Source: Octopus sinensis
Lineage: Eukaryota
Assembly (NCBI RefSeq): GCF_006345805.1
Contig: NC_043008.1
Span: forward strand, 71,858,001 to 71,922,000
Reading direction: 5' to 3'
DNA length: 64,000 nt
Made by a program: the position numbers and the translations under genes. Each line of letters opens with the position of its first letter. The stretch's first letter is position 1. Below, one piece after another: positions 55,150 through 64,000 of this stretch. The notes under the pieces are model-generated. The model saw only the letters and a list, made by a program, of their open reading frames with translations. It was not told the origin of the DNA and did no database searches.

Positions 55150-57110
55150 CTTATCAGTTTCCTCCCGCCATTTGCTCTCTTCATGTATAGCCGACCCGTG
55201 TCTGCACGTACACGATAGGCTCCATGAATCCTTAGGAGCTTTCTTCTTTTCCTGTTCAATTTTACCTTCTTTCCACCAATACTCGTTGCTTGTCTTCGCA
55301 GTGACCAGTTTCAGTAACGTTTGTTTTCGTGTCTGAATAGTTGCAATGTACAACGGCATATATTTTGTGGTAAGAGTAATTGGAATCGATTCGCCCCGTA
55401 AAATCGGTCCATGAAGGATGCTCACTCCAACCCTGTACGTGCTGGCCTTGGAGCCGTTTCTACGGAGGCTGGGCATTTCGAGTGTCGTCCCGCCTGAACT
55501 AGAATGTGGAATGTTCATGGCACGAGTTATGCAGCCGACGTCACATTAATAGTGTCGAACAACTCGGAAATCGAGGCGTACGGCTCTACAGAAACGGAGT
55601 GCGAACTGGTGACAGAGACAAAAATGTAATTTGACCTGCACGTTCGGGACCTGGAAAGGCAGGTCTATGCTGTCCGACACCGTCATAGGGCGTTGGCAGG
55701 AAGAACCGGTTAAAACACTCAATATCTTGTTTGATCTGGACCTCCAGAAATGGATAGAGTTTACAAGCAGGGTAGTCAGTTCCACCCAGAAATGGCTAGA
55801 GAGGAAGCTGTCCCTGAAGGCTCAGACGGGCAGTAGCAAATGCTTAGCATCACTTTCTTCATCTACTATCTTCTGGCCGTCGTCCTTTTTCTTGCTTCCT
55901 AGCTGATCAAACTAGAGCACTTGCTCTTCCACTTACTGTGGAGGGGCCGTGTTCCACTCATCGTACAGTACATCTGCTGTTAGCAGCTACAGAATGGAAG
56001 ATTAGTCATGCCATGGCTAATGATGCGCAGAGATGTTCTAAGGTTTTAACATATACATTGGTTCCTTGACGGTGAGCATGTGTAGGCGCCGCGTGTCGGG
56101 GTTTTCTCGAGTTTATCTCATTGACGGAACCACAGTCCAAGATCAAGCGCAACCGAGAAAAGGGTGCATCACACTTGGAGTGTCGGCAAGCGCTCACACC
56201 AATTTGCCACTCGAGCAACACAGTCGATAGAAGTTCCACACTGGAGTTCTGTGGGAGATTAGCAGCAGTCAAGAGCGAATATTTCCTCAGGGAAACTCTA
56301 GATATCGGGAGAGATAGATTAGCCGGAGCCCTTGGATAATTTTCAAAAATCCTTGGTCTAGCAATACTACAAGTGTATAGGGAGGTGTGTGATCTGACAG
56401 TTCGTGACAAGCTCTAGAGGCAAAAGAGTGCTGTTAGGCAGACCTGTTCGAGATGTGTGCAGGGCACTTAAACGTTTTTGGCAGGCTCTTGTCCACTGCC
56501 CCGGCATTCCTGACTTGTGGAGCTTTGTTGAACAGCTGTTCACGCATGCAGGAAGAATCTGTTTATCAACCGAGTCCATAGCGAAGATCTCCCCCTCAAC
56601 CTTCTTTTGGTTGTGAAGGGCAGGCAGTTCTCCTCTGTATGGTGGATATGTCGAAAGCGGTAGCGTAGTAGAGGAGGTTGCAACGACTGAAGATAGATAC
56701 TTGCCGCTTCGGCCAAGCTCTCATTGACTTTGTCATGTTCAGCTTGAAAAGGAAAGTGAGAATGGAGAGGAAATAGCTGGCCCCAGTATTTTTGTTGAAA
56801 ATTGGATGAATGTAGCGAAGATGGAGTGTGTGAATAGGCGTACTCAGAACAGACATTTGTATGATGGAGTATTTGAGGAGAAACATGCCTACACGAGGTA
56901 TACTTTCCGTCCGGGTGACCAGGATGTGTGGGTTACCTTGGTTGGCTCTGGGTGATTCTCCCCAGTTTTGAGGAATATTATTGTTTAAATTTATTATTAA
57001 TTATTGTTTTTATTGAATACGCATATTTCTTAGTCAAACTCCACTCGTCCTTTGTTTCATTTTGTTATGTTTTTTGTATTGTCCTCTTTTGTTTTGTTTT
57101 CAGCCTTATA
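55150..57110 (+). pseudogene. degenerate L1/Tx1-clade LINE: RT, thumb, C-terminal Zn-finger region and 3' UTR
   Basis: IVAMYNGI..VRV..SVHEGC..LYVLALEPFLRRL..SYAADVTLIV..GTWKGRSM..WLERKLSLK..ALVHCPGIPDLWSFVEQL..LKRKVRMER, with many stops and frameshifts. Confidence 0.88.
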
Positions 57111-57787
57111 GCCAAAGAATGGAAGCTACTTCTTCCTCTTTCTTCTTCTTCTTCTTCTTCTTCTTCTTCTTCTTCTTCTTCTTCTCCTCCCCCCTCCTCC
57201 TTCTTCTACTCCTACTAATTATTATTATTATTATTATTATTATTATTGTTGTTGTTGTTGTTGTTGTTGTTGTCGTTGTTGTTGTTGCTGTTATTGTTGC
57301 TGCTGCTGTTGCATTGTTGTTTGTGTTGTAATGTCTCTGACACGTGAGATTAATACGTCGATGATGTAATGACCATGAATACATCGAGAAGGCGAATCCT
57401 GGAGGGAAAATTTGTGTACGCCAGTTCCCAATGGTACTTATTCTCGGCTGAGTAGACTGGAGCAATATTAAAGGAATTGCAACGTTCAATACTCGAAGCT
57501 ATGATCATGAACCCAGAACATTAATCACTTGTCTACGTGCCTCTATATGGTAGCATAAAGGTATGGCAAGTGATAGTTCGAGAAACATTAGTATTGCCGG
57601 TAGAAGTTTTTCTTATGTGTTGAACATAACAGGCATAACCGGATTAGGTGAGTTTGTAGTGTTTTACAATTATTGCCAATATGGTTGCTGTAAGATGGAT
57701 TCTTTGTAGAAGATTTATGCACCGTTCAGGCATGAATATTCATAAAACAACATTTGAATATTTGGATACAAATTTTCAACATAGGCG

Positions 57788-57975
57788 CAGGCGAAGCTGT
57801 GTGACAAGAAGCTTGCTTCGCACCCACATGTTTCCGGGTTCAATCCCAATGTGTAGGTGTTTTCTGCTATAGCCTCCAGGCCGACACTGGGTAGGTGTTT
57901 TCTGCTATAGCCACGAGGCCGACAAAATCCTTGTGAGTGCAGTTTGTAGACTGAAACTGAAAGAATCCCGTCGCA
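57788..57975 (+). mobile_element. SINE 5' half with internal ~37-bp tandem duplication
   Basis: Homologous to the 52847-53246 family. GTAGGTGTTTTCTGCTATAGCC..AGGCCGACA occurs twice. Confidence 0.8.
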
Positions 57976-58538
57976 TGTGTGCATGTATGTGCGTGCGTGT
58001 GTGTGTGTGTATGTTTGTTTGTGTGTAAGAATCGAGAGTGACTATATAGTTCCAACTTGTTTTAAAGTTTACTTGAGCAGAGATGCGCCGTGTTTAGAAA
58101 ATGACGCGACGAGTATCGAAACATTCTCCTTCGTTAAGTTTAGGACTTAAGAAAACATGACCAAAATTAGTAAATATTCGACTATAAACATCTGTCTATT
58201 GTTTATGAACAACGACGTACGCAATCTTCTGCTTATTTCCTACTTTTATGTGAAATAAGCCGTTTCTGATCTTAGACATAGTGCTATTGATATGGTCGGA
58301 ATGCTTAAACGTTTGAGTGGTATTATAACCTTGAGAGTGTGCGATGTCATAACATATAAAAGCAAATATCTTCAGAGAGAATGTACATGAAAGGCAGCGT
58401 GTATATGCGCGATTGTGTGAGTATGTCCGCATGTGCAGGCTTAGAAGAAGAATAAAGAATGTCGTGGAGATAATCTGATGAGAGTTGTTGCAAATCACAA
58501 AAACACAGCAAACAAGAGAGAGGTTGTGTAGTGAGAGC

Positions 58539-58539
<1 letters not shown>

Positions 58540-58574
<35 letters not shown>

Positions 58575-58912
58575 GTGAGTGAGTGAGAGTGACAGAGAGG
58601 GTGAGAGAGAGAGTAGTGTTTTGTACAGGAAAAGTAAGATATACTAAGAAGAGTAGCGGAGGTGAAATAGATGACATCAAGAAAGAAATAGTGATAGTGT
58701 CAAACAGATGTATGAGATACACAGACCGAGAAAGACAGGAAAGAGAGAAGGAGAAGGAAGAGTCAAAGAGGAGGTAGAGAGAAAGAAGGAGAAACAAAGA
58801 AACAGACAGACAAAAAGAAAGAGAGAGATGAAATTAGACGAGATGTGGTGCTAGAGACAGGCACTGGTGCTTCGTAGAAGAACGAACAGACATAGATACT
58901 GAAAAGTGCAGC

Positions 58913-58961
<49 letters not shown>

Positions 58962-59245
58962 AGAGGGGATAGAGAGACAGAAAGAGGGAGACAGAGAGAG
59001 AGTGAGAGAAAGAAAAAAGAAAGAGAGAATGAAATAATAAATCTTGAAATGTAGAGAGAAGAATAATACGTGAAAGCAACGGAGAGAGAAAGAAGTTTGA
59101 AATATGAAATGCAGAGAGAGAGAGACAGAGAAAGAGAGAGAGAAAGAGAGAGGGAGAGAGAGAAGAGTAATTTACGAAATCCACAGAGAAAGAGGGAGAA
59201 AGAGAGAAAAAGAGTGAAGGAGAAAGAGAGAAAAAGAAAGAGAGA
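58540..59245. repeat. (GA)n-rich low-complexity region
   Basis: Direct reading. Confidence 0.85.
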
Positions 59246-59457
59246 GGTACAGCAGGCTGCACATTGTTGTACGTGACAAATGTGAAAGAGAACTCTATAT
59301 CAAGTGACAAACTGTTAAGAGAAATCAAAATAATTTTATATCTGTTACTGATGCCTTTGTATGTCGTGAGTTGGAAATACGTATACAGTTATATAGCAGC
59401 CATGTTGTATTAGAAATACACACACACACCACATACATATATATGTATGTATGTATG

Positions 59458-59532
<75 letters not shown>

Positions 59533-59535
<3 letters not shown>

Positions 59536-60515
59536 GAATAAAAAGTTTTGAATGGTACAATAATGCAATATAATACAAACAATGGGCTATATACCTGTGT
59601 TGTAATTTAGTCACCCATAGCCTGATATGATATTTCGGAATAAAATTCCTTCTTCAGATATGGAGTCGCTGCTATAATCGGGGTTTCCAACGGCTTTTCT
59701 TTTTTATTACATTTTCTTGTTAGCGTCTCACCAGTGGTCTCACGAAGCTCCTTCCGGAATTCCTCATCAGAAGTGCGTGAGGTCGGCAATGTCTCAATCT
59801 CGTGTGTGGCTGCTTCTAAGTTATGTATTATTCGTGCAGCTTCCGTTTCTCCTCATAAACTACAGATGTGTATACTATCAAAAATTAACCTACACGCATC
59901 CAGATGTATCTAAATAATATATTGATTACCAACCTCCAGCCTGTTGTTAATTTGGGGCCCTTGTCTGTGTATGAGTAAAGCTTCCTTAGTTCTTAGATTA
60001 TCCAAATTTCTTTCATTGGCCTTCATTGTGACTGTTGTGCTTTTGTCAGTGTTCCGGCATCTGTCTAGATTTTTTCTGAAGGAGGAGGTTCTCGTATTTA
60101 GATGTACTTTGATGCATTTGTTACATTGTATTCTATACACCACAGCTACCCGTTGGCATAAATCTGTGTCACGGGTGTGACACTTTGTTAGTGTACATTG
60201 ATTGTCGTTCCTTGTTCGTTTCTTTGCGTGGTGTCCTCTCAGAGAGGGGCCAGAGTAGGCTATATGTATGCTAGCTCTTCTCTTCTTATGGCTAAAAGGG
60301 GGTATTTTAAGGAAGTATGTGTTGTTGGCTTTCTGTGTTCGGTGCATTGGTCGTCTTTGTACTTTACAATGGATTTACAATGGATGTAGGGTACCCGTTG
60401 CTTTTCAATATATCTAGAAAGCGTGTAGTGTGGGTTACCTTGCCCTCTGTTCTGCTGCACTTACCCTGAATGCGTGCAAGTTCATTTCTGGCGTATCCTA
60501 TTTTGGCACCGAGTG
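59533..60515 (-). repeat. inverted pseudo-LTR of the PLE (RT C-terminus + endonuclease + 3' UTR)
   Basis: ORF 59910..60347(-), VYRIQCNKCIKVHLNTRTSSFRKNLDRC..KEALLIHRQGPQINNRLE, matches 62513-62790. Confidence 0.92.
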
Positions 60516-60789
60516 GGCCTTCCACGCAAATTCTCTTAAATAATATCCAGCATTACGTTAACCATTGAACATCCATACTGAAGAACAATCGCAGCTATTG
60601 ACCGATGCTACCACCCATGCGTTGACATAAAGAAGAAACGCCTCAACCTTAAATTCCAGTGGCTTTGTACCAAATATCGACACAACTCGGCCTATTACAC
60701 CGACACAGATGAACAGGACACGTCCGCCGAACGAAGTAACACTAATACCGAAGACGCCAGCACACCATCAGCAACGAAATCCCTAGTCA

Positions 60790-62790
60790 CAGACTTGAGT
60801 CAGTCACTCTCCCATGAAGAACTAGAAACTCTCAGTCTGGGCCTTAAATTTATCTTGAGACGACAGCCGAATGAAAAAGTTTTATTCGACCTGGAGGCCA
60901 ACTTTTGTCGAACAGCCTACCAACTCAAATGGTTATCGGTGATGAAAAAGAACAACAATACACTCGGGAATTTTCCCACGTACCAACTAGACCACTCACT
61001 CCACCCACCCCCAACTAACCCAGAACTCAACCACGAAGTATCCAGAATGAAACAGGATGGAATCGAAAATAACTCCAAACTTAACCAAGGTGCACCATAA
61101 AACACTAACCAAACTAAAAAACAAAAATCTTGTATACTTACCATCAGATAAAAAAAAAGAAATCTGTGTGATTTCTGGTGAAATATATGATAGACTGGCA
61201 CTAGAAGATTTAAGCAATGACAGGTTATATTCTGAAGAGACAGATATAACTGCGACCAGGATTTGGGGACCGAATTAACACTGCATGGACTGACACCTAT
61301 AAACGGAGACAGATACATAATAAATTCAAGAACAACTTCATCAAAAAGAACAGTAGATTAATCAGATTTTATCACCTCATTAAAACTCACATGAATAGCA
61401 AGACGATCCAGATTAGACCCTTCGTCCCCAGCGTGGAGCCCCTGTATATAAAATATCCTGGTTTCTTTCTAACATCTTGAAACCCATACTCTCCACCTTT
61501 CCTAGACACGTCAAGAATTCCGACGAAGTCATCAAAAGACTGTACCAATTGCCCCTAGACCAAATCAGGCAAAACAGATATGCCTTTAGTCGTGACGTTG
61601 TCTCAATATAGACAACGGTGCCAGCATACTCAGCGGCCAACCTATTAACTGACTGCACAATAGCGTCCGACATCCAACGCTTCGGATTTACCGCAGCTGA
61701 TATTCGTCAACTTTTGTCCATCATGGTGGACAACACCTACATCTCTTTTCAGGAACACATATACAAACAGACAACAGGTCTACCCATGGGATCCAGTGTC
61801 TCGGGCCTACTGCTCATCACCTATATGAACCATATGGAAGGTCGAACACACAACATCTGCCGCTCATGCGCCTCCTTCACCAGGTACATAGATGACATCC
61901 TCATACTCACATCCTCCCGTGAAGAGGCTGACAGAATATTCACGACGTTCAATAACATAAAGTTCACTATAGAACACCCCGATATATCTGAATTATTATC
62001 ACTACTTGACTTCAAACTGAATATAACGGAAGAAGGTGAGATCCACACCGAGTTCTCCAGGAAAGCAGCCAGTAGAGATATGTTTGTCCAATACAGTTCA
62101 GCGCTTCCAGAATAGGATACGCCTGAAATGAATTTGCACGCATCCAGTGTACGTGCAGCAGAACGGTGCTTCGTAGAGGACAAGGTGACCCACCTTACAC
62201 GCTTCCTAGATATATTGAAAACCAACGGGTACGCTAGATCCATCGTAAATCGGCTTAAGTATTCAAGACGACCATCACGCCAAACATAGAAAAATCAGCA
62301 ACACATGCTTCCTTAAAATACCTCATTTTAGTGAGAGGGTAACAACATCCATCCGAAAAGCCATAAAAAGAGAAGGGCTAGCATACAACTGATCCATTCT
62401 GGCCCCTCTCTGAGAGAACAACTCGCAAAGAAACGAACAAAGGGACAACAATTAATGTACACTAACAAACCGTCCCATCCGTGACACAGATTTATGCCAA
62501 CGGGTAACTGTTGTGTATAGAATACAATGTAACAAATGCAACAAGTTCTATGTGGGTAGCACAACAAGACCGTTATATGTCCGCATCAAAGTACATCTGA
62601 ATACTAGAACCTCCTCCTTCAGAAAAAATCTAGACAGATGCCGGAACACTGACAAAAGTATAACAGTCATAATTAAGACCAATGAAATAAATTAGGGTAA
62701 TTTCAGAATTAAGGAAGCTATACTCATACACAGACTAGGGCCCCAAATTAACAACAGGCTGGAGGTTGGCAATCGATATATTATTTAGCT
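60790..62790 (+). pseudogene. PLE reverse transcriptase + C-terminal GIY-YIG endonuclease, frameshifted
   Basis: LSLGLKF..LPSDK..FYHLIKTH..DVVS..YKQTTGLPMGSSVSG..TRYIDDILIL..IKFTIE..LLDF, then VYRIQCNKCNKFYVGSTTRPL..RIKVH. Confidence 0.92.
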
Positions 62791-63324
62791 ACATCTGGAT
62801 GCGTGTAGGTTAATTTTTGATAGTATGCACATCTGTAGTTTATGACAAGAAAACAAAAACCAAAAAAAAAAAAAATGAAAAGAGAAAAAAGGAGAAAAAT
62901 GAAGATGCATGAATAATACGTAACTTAGAAGCAGCGCAACGGATGTACCAACACACACGAGATTTAAACATGGCCGACCTCACGCACTTTTCATGAGGAA
63001 TTCCGGAAGGTGCTTCATGAAACCACTGCTGAGACGCTTCAAATAAAAAGAAAATAATGAAAAAGAAAAGCCGTTGGAAAACCGATTATAGCAGTGATTC
63101 CATCTAAGAATATCTGAAGAAAGAATTTTTTTCCGAAATATCATATCAGACTATGGATGACTAAATTACAACAGGTATATAGCCCATTGTTTGTGTTATA
63201 GTGCATTGTTGTACCATTCAAAACTTTTTATTCTTTACAAACAATACACAATGCTTCAAGCGAACTACAATAGTTTCATATATATATAAACATATATATA
63301 TATATTATATATATATATAATATA

Positions 63325-63358
<34 letters not shown>

Positions 63359-63584
63359 CTATATATATATATGTGTATATATAATACATATATGAATATA
63401 TACATATATAAGTTCATGAAGAAGACAGGTTTGCTATTTATTATAGACAGAGTAGCAGAAGAAAATGAAGAACGAGAGGAAGTACTGGTCGTGATAGAGA
63501 TGGCAGATATAGTGGTGGTGGTGGTGGTGGTGGTAGATGTGTTTGTGGTGGTGGCAGTGGAGGTTGTGATAGAGGCCACCACAA

Positions 63585-63672
<88 letters not shown>

Positions 63673-63877
63673 TAGTATATTTTTTTATATCGTGCTTTCA
63701 CTTCACTACCGAGCACAGCTCTGTGTGCCTTTGTTGTGATGCTCTGATGGTTATTGTATGGAAAGTGTTCTGCGTAGGATGTGTGCGTGTCTAGTAGTGC
63801 AATTTTCTGTATGTTATATGTGTTTGTAAGTCCTGGTGTTTTTGTTATGTATTTGTCTGAATATTTTTTATCATGCC

Positions 63878-63959
<82 letters not shown>

Positions 63960-63969
63960 ATTATTATTA

Positions 63970-64000
<31 letters not shown>
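63585..64000. repeat. (TTA)n microsatellites
   Basis: Runs at ~63585-63670 and ~63877-64000. Confidence 0.95.

Larger units (their letters stand above)
59533..63237 (+). mobile_element. near-complete Penelope-like element with inverted 5' pseudo-LTR
   Basis: RT and GIY-YIG lie on the plus strand. 59533-60515 is an inverted copy of ~62100-63237. Confidence 0.9.

Noticed and set aside
55090-55785. Minus-strand ORFs (142 aa and 79 aa) that superficially suggest an AP endonuclease
   Set aside because: They are antisense to the Tx1-type RT motifs on the plus strand (LYVLALEPFLRRL, YAAD).

Overview
This is an AT-rich, microsatellite-saturated eukaryotic window. The SINE and retroelement families look like octopus (coleoid cephalopod); that is recognition from memory, not a database result. 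I found no convincing host exon, rRNA, functional tRNA or CRISPR array, and nearly all listed ORFs are translations of simple repeats. The interpretable content is decayed mobile DNA. It includes tRNA-derived SINEs, several Penelope-like elements (PLEs; one near-complete RT + GIY-YIG copy with an inverted pseudo-LTR at 59.5-63.2 kb), REL-endonuclease LINE remnants, a Tx1/L1-type LINE remnant, a mariner remnant, a foldback MITE and Helentron-like elements. The most striking feature is a ~2 kb element at 42333-44329. Two ~112-bp direct repeats exactly 1700 bp apart each carry a minimal type I hammerhead ribozyme with the compensatory U3-A8 core. They flank a single decayed ~450-aa ORF (RRM-like + CCHC zinc knuckle, no RT or endonuclease), and the whole unit is bracketed by 39-bp inverted termini. 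A second hammerhead family with covarying stems occurs in three places, once as a near-perfect ~420-bp palindrome.
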